DNA of 64,000 bases. Source: Callorhinchus milii. Taxonomy: Eukaryota. The position numbers and the translations under genes were made by a program. Positions 26,381-38,717 of the stretch are shown here, in pieces (position 1 is the stretch's first letter; every line of letters starts with the position of its first letter). The stretch is taken from the NCBI RefSeq assembly GCF_018977255.1, contig NW_024704742.1, positions 96,598,001 through 96,662,000 of the forward strand. The letters are read 5' to 3'. The notes under the pieces were generated by a model that did no database searches, had not been told where the DNA came from, and was given only the letters and a program-made list of their open reading frames with translations.

Positions 26381-26489
26381 AAGTTGGAATGGCATTGGTC
26401 CATAAAACCAAGATATCTCTGACTTTGTCCATCAGCAAATCCAAAGAACTGACTACTGTACTAATTTGATCGATCACCAGATTAATTCA

Positions 26490-26727
26490 CCCACAAAAAG
26501 AAACACAGTGAAGCCCTTTGAGACATTCTACCAACATGAAAGTCGCTATAATCAAATGTAAGGATTATTATGATTATTTGTGAAGATGTGACTATAAAGA
26601 TGTGTTCCACTACAAAATACCCAGTCACTACACTTTACGTCAAATCCTGTAAAGTGCTTTGAGATGTCTTCCCAGTGTGAAAGGTGCTATGTCGAATGCA
26701 AGGAATCTTCTTTTTATTGTTATTATT
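26490..26727 (+). mobile_element. Two SINE tail fragments
   Basis: GTGAAG..CTTTGAGAC..TGAAA..GCTAT..AAATG.AAGGA present twice. Confidence 0.6.
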
Positions 26728-27059
26728 TAATACAGTTTAATTTGTATTATGTGATTCAAAATATACAATCAAATATCAGATACTAACATAAAGTAATTAC
26801 AAACATTTCAGAATTTGAAAAGCAAAACCGCAATCCTCTAACTGTAACATTTGTTGGGATGAAATTGTCAGGTGTGAATGAGCATAATGGAATGTATTTC
26901 CATGAGACCATAGCACTGCCTGTGGCATTTTCTGTTATGCCTCTGTCTTTGTTTAAATGTCAAACGTTAAGTAAAAGCAAGGGTGATTATTAGAAACACG
27001 TTGAGCCACAAAAGGCAAAAAAAAAAGCAGCTGCTGCTGCTACTATCTTCTTTTTCATA

Positions 27060-27180
27060 ACAGCTCCCTAAGACCCAAGTTCAAACTCAGCCAAAGGATA
27101 AGACGTAAATGTCACCATTTGTCAGTTACGGGTCATGATTAAAATGAATTTTGACAGTTTCATTCCACCCCTTAAAAGTC
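27060..27180 (+). mobile_element. Possible LF-SINE/AmnSINE2-like remnant
   Basis: GACCCAAGTTCAAACTCAGCC (B-box-like) followed by AAATGAATTTTGACAGTTTCATTCCA, loosely recalling the LF-SINE body. Confidence 0.25.
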
Positions 27181-27573
27181 TTCTTAATGCAGCCATTTGG
27201 ACTGATAGATAGTGTGGTGATCGAAGGGTTGGTGCTTACATTCTTTCACAAAGTGAGTTTTGCATCTAAAACAAGTCGCCAAGGAAATGCACCCTGTGGT
27301 GGATCATCTCAGTGAGAGAGGAAATTACAGAGTGAGCGACACTGCCTCATGTTATGGAATAGCAACCTTACAAGAGTCTGGGAGCTTCCAACCCTCTCAG
27401 TTGGAAAACCTGTATGTGAAATGTAAAAAGGAGAAAAATTGTTTCAATAACTGAGAGGGCAGGAGTAAATAAAAATAACTTTCTAAAGCTGCCCATCACT
27501 TTACAACTTTAGCGCTGAAAGACCACTAATAGTATGAAGAATAGAAAGAAGTGAAAGCTGATGATTCTCCGAA

Positions 27574-27783
27574 GCCTGAAATTCCATCTAACCTTAACTT
27601 GTAAGGCCAATTTATCTTAAAATGTCAGATCATGCAGAATTGTGGAACAATCTTAAATTCAGTAGTAATTTGGAAACAGGTTCTTAGAACTGCAGAATTA
27701 ACAGCTTCCAAATTAAAGTTGAATTTAAACAATTTCCACAATCTTAAATTCTAAGATAAATAGTCCTTAATTACAGGTTAAGA
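27574..27783. mobile_element. Palindromic MITE
   Basis: Nested IRs: TTAACTTGTAAGGCCAATTTATCTTA / TAAGATAAATAGTCCTTAATTACAGGTTAA, and TTGTGGAA..TAATTTGGAA / TTCCAAATTA..TTCCACAA. Confidence 0.75.
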
Positions 27784-27904
27784 GCACAATACAATTTAAA
27801 TTTATAATGCTTTTCACGTCGACTTCCAAAAGCGATTGACAATGCTGGATGGGCACCTGAGCTGTAGATGGGAGCCAAGGGAGGCGACAGATAATAATAA
27901 TTCT

Positions 27905-28211
27905 TAATAATAATAATAATAATCCTTGCATTTGATATAGCGCTTTTCACGTCGGGAGGACATCCCAAAGCGCTTCACAGAAAATACTGTAAAGTGAATT
28001 GACTGTATATTTGTGGGCGAACGCGGCAGCCAATTGCGCACAGCAATGTTGCACAAACAGTCGTAGATTGAAAATGACCAATTTATTATTGCTTTTGGTT
28101 TTGGAGGAATTATCATTAGGCGTGTGGAGTAAGGATTCGCCCTGCCTGGAATTGAACTCAGGTCTCTCACTTGCAAAGAGAGTGCTCTAACCACTGAGCT
28201 ACAGGACTCCA
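27905..28211 (-). mobile_element. Young SINE (short subfamily)
   Basis: Full head and tail with a small internal deletion; an older tail fragment follows at 28215-28300. Confidence 0.95.
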
Positions 28212-28482
28212 TCAAATCTTACATTTGATAGAGCACTTTTCACGTCGAGAGGAAGTGTCAAAGAGCATCACAGAATATACTGTAAAGTGGAGTGGCTGTG
28301 TGTTTCACGAGTGAAAGCATGGAGTAGGTGGAAGATTGGGTCTCTGGTATGTGGCTTAGGCTGAATGTGTCTCTAGAATTCTGCTCACACATTAATCTTC
28401 GTTTTGACTTTGCCTCAGTACCTTGGCATAAGACCGACATCTGAGTGGAGTTCCATATTTGCTATTTTCAAATTTATAATGT

Positions 28483-28660
28483 AATAATAATAATCCTTGC
28501 ATTTGTTATAGTGCCTTCTCAAGTCATTGAGCTGTCTCAAATTGCTTCAGAGAATATATTGTAAAGTGGATGACTGTATTTTGTGAGCGAAACGTGGCAG
28601 CCAATTGCACGTAGCTGTGTCCCACAAACAGTCATGGATTCGGTGACCAAATTATTATTA
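28483..28660 (-). mobile_element. SINE 3' half
   Basis: Shared 3' module. Confidence 0.8.
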
Positions 28661-28687
28661 TTGTTTACAATTCCACAATTTAAACCT

Positions 28688-28950
28688 TACAAGATCACAA
28701 AATCATGGCTGAAGGAAACCCATCGGTTCATTTGATCTCATTATTTCACAAGATTCACTCTACTATTCTTCCATTACAGTATCAGGCAGTTTCTTAAATT
28801 ACTCCAGCATCTTGGCCTCAACCACCCTTCCTGGATATCCATTCCAGTTGTTAATTATGGTTTGTGTAAAGAAATACTTCCTGGCGTCTGCCTGAACTTG
28901 CCTTTTGCAACCCTGAATCTGCTTTCTTGTTCTGCTGTTTAATTGCCATT
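28688..28950 (-). mobile_element. CR1 3' end
   Basis: Translation ARKYFFTQTIINNWNGYPGRVVEA, the typical CR1 C-terminus. Confidence 0.8.
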
Positions 28951-29223
28951 TAATTGACAGATTTATCCATGAGAGATTAAGTTGAAATTGCCTAGTTGTA
29001 AAAAAAAAGGCAGTCACCATTCCAACTGAGGGAATTCATCTGAGGCACAAAACTTCACAGGAGAGGGAGAAAAAACACTATTATTATTTCTTGAATAACT
29101 TCCACAAGTTAAATTGCTTAGTATTTGAAACCATCATTTTAGTGCTCCAATAAATATTCTGGCTGCTTTACGTAATCTTCGTGGCCATAAATACAAATTA
29201 CAATGTATACATTGTATACAATG

Positions 29224-29553
29224 GTGGAGTCCTGTAGCTCAGTGGTTGAGCACTCGCTTTGCAAGCTAGAGACCTGAGTTCAATTCCAGGCAGGGCGAAA
29301 CCTTGGGCAAGTTTCCTTACTCCACACGCCTAATAATAATCCCTCCAAAACCAAAAACAATAATAAATTGGTCATTTTCAATCCATGACTGTTTGTGGGA
29401 CATTGCTGTGCGCAATTGGCTGCCGCGTTCGCCCACAAATATACAGTCAATTCACTTTACAGTGTGTTCTGTGAAGCGCTTTGGGACGTCCTCCCGACGT
29501 GAAAAGCGCTATATCAAATGCAAGGATTATTATTATTATTATTATTATTATTA
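29224..29553 (+). mobile_element. Young SINE, full length
   Basis: GTGGAGTCCTGTAGCTCAGTGG...GGGACGTCCTCCCGACGTGAAAAGCGCT..(ATT)9. Confidence 0.97.
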
Positions 29554-29929
29554 TACATGGATCTGGGCACTTCTGCCAGGGAAAGTAGGTTGGACTTTCT
29601 CAATTGTATCTGTTTCAGATTTCTTTCTGCAATTAAATTGGTTTTCGAGTGGGTGTCTAGAGACAGACCGATTATGGGAAAGAGTGTATTGATCTTGTAG
29701 CTAAATGTTATCAATATTTTTAATTGAAAGTCTTTTAATTGTGACCAGCAGTTGCTTCAACGTTAATACTAATAAAATAGGAATATTGGCAAGAGCGGTG
29801 AAAAACGTGGATCTGTTCTGCAGATTCCTGAAACAATATATATTTTTTGAAGTGTTGGAGATAGTAGGATCTGATGGGCAATTCATTCTGAAAGAAAGAC
29901 GCCTTTAAGAAACATCGAAGCATGTCACT

Positions 29930-31200
29930 AAAATCTTTAGGCAGCCAGTGTCATGTGGCATTCACATGCGAACAATCAAATCAAATCTGATTGGAGCGTT
30001 GTCAGTTGGATAAAGGTTTATCTATCACATTATAGCATGGAACTAGCAGGCTGAACAGATGAATGAGAGCGCTGATGGCTGAACTGACAAGGCTTGAAGA
30101 TGGGTAACATCCTTTAACCCCCCCCCCCCCCACACCCACACACCCACCCTCCCATCACCACTCAGCATGCATCAGCCGTTTACTTCAGAACAGTCAGCAA
30201 GCTGTGGCAGCTCTTTGATTTTTAACATTGCCTCTGCTCGGTATTCAAGACCACCCCCCCCCCACCACACTCTCCCCTCCCCTCAGAGGTGTCACCAGCC
30301 AGTGTTTCATTTTATTCCTTAGCCTTTGGGGTAATGTAAGAAAATTGAAGAGATTAGGAGCCCATCTCTTTCCTGTTCATTGCATTTCTGTTTCAGTAAA
30401 TTGCTACCAACCTTCAATCTCCTGGTCAAGGCTCTCCAAGCTCTTTCAACTGATATGACAGCCCAGTCAGCTTGATAAATGGTGCACACCCCCTCCAGCA
30501 GAATGTAAGAGATTTGCAATATGAGTCCACCATTGCGCCTCCTGCACATAAAGAGAAAAATTATCTTCAAAGTTACCATTGCAGGAATGCCGAGTTCATT
30601 GCACAATAATCTCTCCATGACTTTCTCTATTGAAATGCAAACAAAACGGAAATATTTTAATTCCTTTCATGTGATTGTGCTGTAACTTATCGGAAATTCT
30701 GCAAATGCGTGTCCCTCGTAATGTCTAGTGTGGCGTTCAATTAATTATGACCAAAACTGATCATTTTCAATTAAGCACCGTGGGTGTCACATGCATGGTT
30801 TTGCAAACCAAACTGCAATGTAATGCCACTCATGCATTCGTAATTACAAATTTGTCAGTCATTCCTGGGCCTAATGTTAATTGGACCATGCAGTTTGAAA
30901 CGTCCGCCCCCATACTAATATAAGAAAATCACTAACAATCGCAGGACGTTGCCGGATGTGGGGGATTGTAGTTTGTACTCACTGTATTTCTCTTGCAAAG
31001 CAGCAGCNTTTTTTTGCACAATGAAGGCTGCAGGCATTATGCAGGCTGAATCAGAATAATCTGCCACAGACTTGTAATAAAATGACTTAATTTGCTTGCA
31101 ATACATTCACAGCAGAAGCCAGGAACGAAACATTTTCTAAATTATAAGTTATTTATTAGGTGGCACCGAATCAGTAATTCTGTAAGGCGAAGCCTTTTAG
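29930..31200. promoter_or_regulatory. Candidate conserved non-coding enhancer block
   Basis: No recognisable interspersed repeat; dense TAAT/TAATTA, TGTCA and TTTGCA motifs with retained CpGs. Inference only. Confidence 0.35.
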
Positions 31201-32589
31201 TTATGCAGGCAGCTGCTGCAGCAGGTTGGCAAAGACAATGGTAACTTTAAGGTCTAGCAATGGGAACGGTATCTATTTAACATGAGCACCATCTCTGAGC
31301 AAACAAATCATGGAGAAACTCTGCTACGGGATTGCTTGCAGGACCCACTGATGCTCACAACAGCTTCAAGTTCACCTTGTGTGAGGAGAGGTGCCTGCTG
31401 ACCCCAGAGAAAGCAAAATCCAAATGTCGATTTGTAGATGGAGTGAGGAGAGCCTGCTGGCTGACAGCCTGATTTATTGGATTCTTCCAATTAATCACCG
31501 CCAGCCTGTGGCCAAACTGATTTCCAGCAAAGCTGAAAGGCAGTCGAGGGAAACGGGCTTATAAGCATAAAGCCGCATAATGGTGTTCAATGAAGTGTGA
31601 GACTTTTAGTTCAGTTTCACTGAGCTTACCACACCACCAGAATGTCAAAGAGGATTGTGGGTGGAAAAATTATGGATTTAAACTGCTAGCTGTAAATGAG
31701 GTCAATATGTCTGGTTCATAAACAGTCCAAACCATTCCTTGAATTCAGTGAGGAGGAAAATTAGCGTGCAGCCGAAGCTGTAGACAACCCTCATTGAGAT
31801 ATAATTGCAGCTATAAATACAGGTGAAAAGCTTGATCTGCATTAACACATAACACATTTCTTTTGGTATCTTGGCATTGCAATATTTGCATCTATACCCT
31901 GTGTTCATGGGTCAGAGACTGTTCAAATTAATTGATGGGTCCATTATAGGCTATCCTATTTTATTCAGGAAATACTGAAAATCAAAGGAGCACATCAGAA
32001 GGATTTTTCTTAGCTTTTCCATTTCAATAGCTGTAGCTGAAATGTGTGAAGGGACACGCGTTTTTGAAAAGCGGGCAGCTTTTAAAACAATAGTTTTGTT
32101 AGATCCTTTTGAATCTCAGTTTAATGAGGTGACATCAAAGGCTAGTGCAGTATCCTATGAAGTTTTAAAAAAAACACCACAGACTTTGCTAAGAGAAAAC
32201 ACCAAGTCCACTTTTAGCCTCCCCTGGGCCAGCAAGAATCTTTATGCTAAATCTCCCATTAATGTACTTGAGTACAACCAGAGCCCAAGATCATTCTTTT
32301 TCCTCTGTGTGTTCACACTAGGACTCAGCACATGCCATGTTGTCCTTAACTAATGATTGCACTTGTATTCTTCATCTCTCAGAGGCACAATGTAAAATTA
32401 ATGGGGATAGCTGGTCATATGAGACATTTTGGGGTACACATTGCCTTGTGAGGCCCAAAAAGCCTTTTATTTTTAACAACTATGGAAAAATAGCCAACAT
32501 GCACATGGTAATTTACCATAGACAGCCATGAAGTGAATGAACAACTTTATCTGGTGGATTGTAGTCCAGGACACTGGAAGAATCTCCCT

Positions 32590-32715
32590 TCATTTTTTGA
32601 ACAGTCCCATAAGATTTTTAATGTCTGAACTTGAACAGGCAGACAGAACCTCTGTCTGTTTAATATCTCATCTGAAGCACGGCACCTACATCAATGCAAC
32701 GCAACCCCAGCACAT
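32590..32715 (-). mobile_element. DeuSINE-like central fragment
   Basis: GTTTAATATCTCATCTGAAGCACGGCACC. Confidence 0.6.
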
Positions 32716-32787
32716 GATAAAAATGGCATCTGACTCTTGTAGCTCGTTACCCTCCTGAAACTCAAAACGTTTGATAGCCACTTGTGT

Positions 32788-33283
32788 ACAACAACAACAA
32801 AATTACATTTATATAGCGCCTCTCACGTCGGGAGGACGTCCCAAGTTTATATCTCAAGTCGTGAGGATGTCCCAAGGTCCTTGACAATATTAGCTTCAAA
32901 TCTGAGCGGGGGGTGGGAGCTGTGAAGGGAGGGGAGGGGAAAAATAAGTAAAAAGATGGACTTTGTGGAGTCCTGTAGCTCAGTGGTTAGAGCACTCGCT
33001 TTGCAAGTGAGAGACCTGAGTTCAATTCCAGGCAGGGCGAAACTTTGGGCAAGTTTCCTTACTCCACACAGAGCCTAATAATAATCCCTCCAAAACCAAA
33101 AACAATAATAAATTGGTCATTTTCAATCTACGACTGTGCCGCGTTCGCCCACAAATATACAGTCAATTCACTTTACTGTGTGTTCTGTGAAGCGCTTTGG
33201 GACGTCCTCCCGATGTGAAAAGCGCTATATCAAATGCAAGGATTATTATTATTAAAGAGGTAGGTCTTGAGACAAACCTTGAA
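32788..33283 (-). mobile_element. L2 3' fragment interrupted by a SINE
   Basis: (ACA)n..GCGCCTCTCACGTCGGGAGGACGTCCC on the left; AAGAGGTAGGTCTTGAGACAAACCTTGAA resumes after the SINE. Confidence 0.7.
32965..33253 (+). mobile_element. Young SINE with internal deletion
   Basis: Full head and tail; lacks about 30 nt around TTTGTGGGACATTGCTG. Confidence 0.95.
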
Positions 33284-33752
33284 TTTTTTTGTAAAGTCAA
33301 CGCCCCTTTGACATACATTTGGTTGGTTTTGCCTGCCAGAAGTAGCCATTTTGTTTCTTTCTGGGCTGGGTTTATTTAGGTTAACTGGCTGCTTGGCGGG
33401 TTTAAATGGTTTGTGGCTTTTAAAAATATCGTTTCCTTATGTTTTGTGTGCTCCTGCCTCGCTGTGGAAAAGAATCCATATGCTTGCTTGTTTTTTAACC
33501 CCAAATGTTTAATACAAACACATTTGCATGGATAAATTTTCACATGATCTTATTCCCACATTGTATTGGGTGCCAACACGGGGGGGGGGGGGGGGAGAAT
33601 AAGAAAGCAGGTCACAAATGTTGGCAAATCAATCAGCCTCCCCCTTCTGTTCTGCACTCTGATGCCAGAGTTGGCCTGAGGAAAAGAATTTACAAGATTA
33701 GAGGTTACACTGTTTTTTTCCCCGCTTCTTATACTGTTTTACTTTCACCAGT

Positions 33753-34077
33753 ATAATAATAATAATAATAATAATCCTTGCATTTGATATAGCGCTTTTC
33801 ACGTCGGGAGGACGTCCCAAAGCGCTTCACAGAATAGACTGTAAAGTGAATTGACTGTATATTTGTGGGCAAACGCGGCAGCCAATTGCGCACAGCAATG
33901 TCCCACAAACAGTCGTAGATTGAAAATGACCAATTTATTATTGTTTTTGTTTTGGAGGGATTATTATTAGGCGTGTGGAGTAAGGAAACTTGCCCAAGGT
34001 TTCGCCCTGACTGGAATTGAACTCAGGTCTCTCACTTGCAAAGCGAGTGCTCTAACCACTGAGCTACAGGACTCCAC
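33753..34077 (-). mobile_element. Young SINE, full length
   Basis: Near-exact reverse complement of 29224-29553. Confidence 0.97.
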
Positions 34078-35621
34078 ATATATAACTAACATTAGCAATG
34101 GTGGGCTGGGTCAAAAAGTAGCAGATTGACTTTAAAGGACCACATCTGTCAGGATAATTCTCTCATGAGACAATTTACCAGGTCAGCAAACGGAAGAAGT
34201 GCGGGATGATCACTCACCAAATGTTTCCAGTCAATGTGAAGCTGCTGTCAACATAGCTAATCAAATACCAGGTTGCATCTCGAGGGTATTCAAGTGTAAG
34301 TGAAAAGAAGTTATTCTAACCTTGTGTATATCACTGAATGAGACTAAGTTTGGAATATTGTGTTAAATTCTGTGTTGTGTTGCAATGTGTTAATTGATGC
34401 CTATTTGCAAATTGATACTGAGGTCAAGTTAGTGATCTTATGATATTTAATACATCAAAAAAAATTAACACATCAACTGGGCCTTGAGTGAAACTGGAGT
34501 CAAACCTTTCATACTGGTCATGTCCAAAAAGTCAGGCGTATGTGAGACTCCCAGCTCACGTACTGTTGCTTTGGACTGCCTGTTAGAGGAATATTAATTT
34601 AAGGATTTTTTTTGTTGATCGGATTTGGTCAGTCGGAAAAAGGGAACAATTTTAATCAGCTAAATGATCATTTCTAGTTTTCCTTAAAAAACACTTCTCA
34701 TGAACCAAATCGCCAATCTTTTCTGATACCACAAATTCATTATTTAATTCATTCATAGCTTATTTTGTGATAAATTAGTTACAAAGTGTATTAGAGAGGC
34801 AGATGTAGTGGGAAACTACTGTGGTCAAAGATGTAATATCACTCAAACCAAATGAAGGGTGTGTTAGTAGCTTCTTTATCAATCCAAACTCTCAAAATTC
34901 CACCACTCTGAACCACACTCCTTGTCCCACTCCCAGTGTCCTTTTGTACTTCCTGCCCTTTTTATTGGCCCTTTTGTTAATTGTCAATTTACTCATAAAG
35001 GAGTTTCCAACAAAAGAGGAGACTGCTCAATGGACCGATAATACCCCTTTAATCCAAATTTTCAAGTTTATTTTTTACTCGAGAGAGGATTTCCTTTTTG
35101 TGTGCAGTGCTGGAGAAATAAAAGTGGTTCAAATAGATTTGAATCCATTTGATCTGCACAATTAGGGCAGGAACTGTTTCAACAACAACAGCTTATATTG
35201 CGCCCTCCACACAGGTAGCTTCTCAGAGCACTTTCAGAGCATCTTATTACTGCTATAATACATAGGTTGGAAAAGTCTGTGCTTAAATCAACCATTTTCA
35301 ACGCAACTAAGCTTTGATAACATCTGAAACCATGTTAAAAATAGATTCCAGGTACTGCAGTGATCTGTGTCAGGGAGAGTCACTGAAGGGAGATCAGACA
35401 CATTCCCAAATAGGGAGGAAAAACAGATGAAGAGTCACACTAGGATTCTTTCAGTTACCGAGTTACACTGGCAGAGGCTTGGGAGAAGAATGCTCTCTTG
35501 GCTGGGAACTAATGTATGGCATAGTGAGGCCTAAAAGGGTAAGGGTAAGAAATACGTAAGAGGAAAACTTGTCAACGTAGCTTCCCCCCTATTGAAAGAC
35601 TATTCACCTCAACACATATTT

Positions 35622-36040
35622 GGGGTGAATTCTATCTGGATTTGCTCTGTTTAGAATAACAAATTTATATTTGTTAATGTAAATTAACATTACATTAATG
35701 TTGATTTACATTAACACCTTTCACATCGGGAAGATGTCCCAAGGTGCTGGACAGTCCAGAGTTTGTACTCGAGCTGGGGGTGGGAGTTGGGGTGCATTGG
35801 ATGGGGGCTAAGGGCAGTACGGGATGCTGGGGATGGGGTTAGCATTTAATGTGGCATTTTAGAGGGTTCAGAATTTGGCAATTTCTTAAATACAGCCATA
35901 GTTTTGAAGCCGTTTTTCTGTAAGTTCTTTCAGGAAATGCTATTTCAAAGTTAAGACTAAATTCAACAATTTGCCAAATTCTTGACACTCTAAAATGTTA
36001 CGTGAATAAAGTAAAGTTACACCCAGTTAAAATTTCCTCT
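35622..36040. mobile_element. MITE (10.9-kb family) interrupted by an L2 3' fragment (about 35655-35840, minus)
   Basis: IR CATTTTAGAGGGTTCAGAATTTGGCAA / TTGCCAAATTCTTGACACTCTAAAATG; L2 tail CCTTTCACATCGGGAAGATGTCCCAAGG. Confidence 0.7.
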
Positions 36041-36189
36041 CGACTGTCACTCTTCAATGACTTGTTTATCGTGGCAGGCAGAAGGTTGGGACATTCTTCC
36101 AATGTGAAAGACGCTATATAAATGTAATTTGTTGAGCTGGCTTGATGGGGAAAACATATTAAATCAAAACTATTCACTGGGTTTTATAT

Positions 36190-36546
36190 TAATAATAGTC
36201 CTTGCATTTGATATAGCTCCTTATCACGTCTTTGAGACATCTCGAAGTGCTTCACAGAATATACTGTAAAGTGAATTGATTGTATATTTCATGGCCAAAA
36301 TGCAGTAGCCAATTGCACACAACAGTGTCCCACAAACAGTCGTCGATTGAGTAACCATATAATTTTTAAATTTTTTTTTTGCAGGGATTATTACCTCCGG
36401 AAAAGCAATCCGCCAATCGACTAACAATCGTAAGCAAAGGTATGTGGGGTAAAGAAACTTGCGAAATGTTTCATCCTGCCCGGGAATCGAACCTGGGTCC
36501 TCTCGCTTGCGAGGCCAGTGCTCTAACCAATACGCTACAGGACTCC
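36190..36546 (-). mobile_element. SINE, long subfamily, full length
   Basis: Own-strand head GGAGTCCTGTAGCGTATTGGTTAGAGCACTGGCCTCGCAAG..GGTTCGATTCCC. Confidence 0.92.
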
Positions 36547-38311
36547 TAGTAGGGCTTGTTTTGGTTACAAGCACTACTGGGATTCCATACAGAGAAACAT
36601 CACCACAAAATACACCATCATTACCAGTTCCTACACTTACCCCTATCCCTACACTTATATTCCAGCCAAAATTTAAATTCAGTGGGACTACTTTGTTGCT
36701 TCTGGTGTCTTTCTATGATGTAGCAAAATTCAGAAGTAGCAAAATATTCTTAGGTGCACATTGTATTTATTTGTATGAACATTCCCTGCCTCAAATTTTC
36801 TCCCTCCTCTCCTGAGGCACTGATTCGCACACAGTTCTACTGTTGCTAGTCTCCTTCCAGTTCCTCAATAGAACATTGTTCATGGGTGATCCTAGACAGT
36901 AAGTGCTGGAAGGTTATTCAACTGTGCAAACTACCACTGCCAAACCTCATCCCAATCACTCAAAATCTACACCTGGAAGCTTTTCACTTACTAGGACTCT
37001 CCAGATGGAGATCAGGAATGGGAAATCTGGCTGATTTTCCCCTTCTCCAGCCCAGGCCACAGAGGCTAATTGTAACAGACTTATTTCATCCTCACTGAGA
37101 TCAGTTAAATTAGCCATTGACCAGGCATCAAACCAGAGACCTTTTTTGGCTCAGTTTTTTACAGGGCCGTGACTTTACGAACCAAGTCATCAAGGGAGTT
37201 GGCTCACATGATTGTTTTTAAAGCTCCATCTGTGACCTACAATGAGAGCAGTGAGAGCCAAGGTATGTTCCTTTGAAAACAGTTGGAACTTGGCCAGGAC
37301 AGAAGGAGGAAAGCTACCCACAATCATGTTTCCCTTCCTTCTGTTGGTGAAACTGTTTCACGATATAACTACGGCTGTTTCATTGGCAGGAGTGATGCAT
37401 CCAAGTGCTAAGAACCATCTTTCAATGTGGGTTCATAAATAAGATTTTAGATAAGGGAGGTTTCCTCCCATAACTTCTAGAATACCTATCGGGCAGCCTG
37501 TAAGTCAGTCGTTCCCTAAGATGGAAAGATAATCCATCCAAAAGCCAAGGATAGAAATTCCTTTGTTTTCATCAGAATATAGTCACATTGTATTGATGCT
37601 GATATGAAAAATGATTTCTAATCCAAGCCAACTCTTAAGTCAACTAAATGAGTCCTACTATTACTGGAAATACACTAGTATATAATATAACATAATTTAA
37701 TTATAATAATATATAACAAATTATTATAAGATATTAATGTTCTAATATATTTTCTAGTGTTGAGCTGCATTTGGTTGCCATGACACCACTCCCTGGGTGA
37801 CAGGCTAACATTATTGTATTTTGGCATTTCGATTATTTGAATGTTGGAGCTGAAATTCTCAGGTATGGTTTCCACATGGTTAAAACAAAATAGGGTAAGT
37901 CAATGATACAGTGTCTTAGCACCCTCCACCGCAGGCTAATGTCCATTTTGTACTTATTCCTCAGATATTTCTCTAGCAGGCTGATCCAGTGAACAATCAT
38001 AGTTTAGAGTTTAGTATACCGTATGTCAATCTGCTTTGACCACACTGCCTCTACCAACACCCACTCAGAGTGGTTGTCAGATGCTAAAGCAATACTGTGG
38101 CATCACTAATTTAATACATTCTGAACATTGTACTCATGGTTTATTACAATGTTCAGAATATAATGTGCGTCACAACTTCATGCCATTGTGACAAGGCTGA
38201 AGCTGGCTCATGTCCATTAAGAGAAATATCAGAGTTTTCAATGGGTTCTCACATTTCCAGGCCATGTCACACCAAATTGTTCCCAACTGAACTGATTACT
38301 GAGAAGAATCA

Positions 38312-38717
38312 GTGGAGTCCTGTAGCTCAGTGGTTAGACCACTCACTTTGCAAGTGAGAGACCTGAGTTCAATTCCAGGCAGGGCAAAATCTTGGGCAAG
38401 TTTCCTTACTCCACACGCCTAATAATAATCCCGCCAAAAAAAAAAACAATAATAAATTGGTCATTTTCAATCTACGACTGTTTGTGGGACATTGCTGTGC
38501 GCAATTGGCTGCCGCGTTCGCCCACAAATATACAGTCAATTCAATTTACAGTCTACTCTGTGAAGCGCTTTGGGACATCCTCCCGACGTGAAAAGCGCTA
38601 TATCAAAATGCAAGGATTATTATTATTATTATTATTATTATAATTGCTGTGAAGCGCTTTGGGACGTCCTCCCGACATGAAAAGCGCTATATCAAATGCA
38701 AGAATTATTATTATTAT
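38312..38717 (+). mobile_element. Young SINE, full length, with tandemly duplicated 3' tail
   Basis: Main copy 38312-38642; second tail CTGTGAAGCGCTTTGGGACGTCC..ATTATT at about 38647-38717. Confidence 0.96.

Noticed and set aside
29224..29300. tRNA-Ala(TGC) gene
   Set aside because: No acceptor stem pairing, and it continues directly into a SINE body at every copy; it is a SINE head.
29303..29692. Recurrent ORF 'MGKFPYSTRLIIIPPKPK...' as a gene family
   Set aside because: It is a translation of the SINE, repeated at each copy, with a non-ATG start.
31008..31008. Ambiguous base N
   Set aside because: Assembly ambiguity next to a poly-T run; not biological.
33580..33595. Poly-G tract (and poly-C at 304-319, about 16810-16850 and 30118-30152) as functional G-quadruplexes
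   Set aside because: Common homopolymers with no supporting context; lengths may be unreliable.
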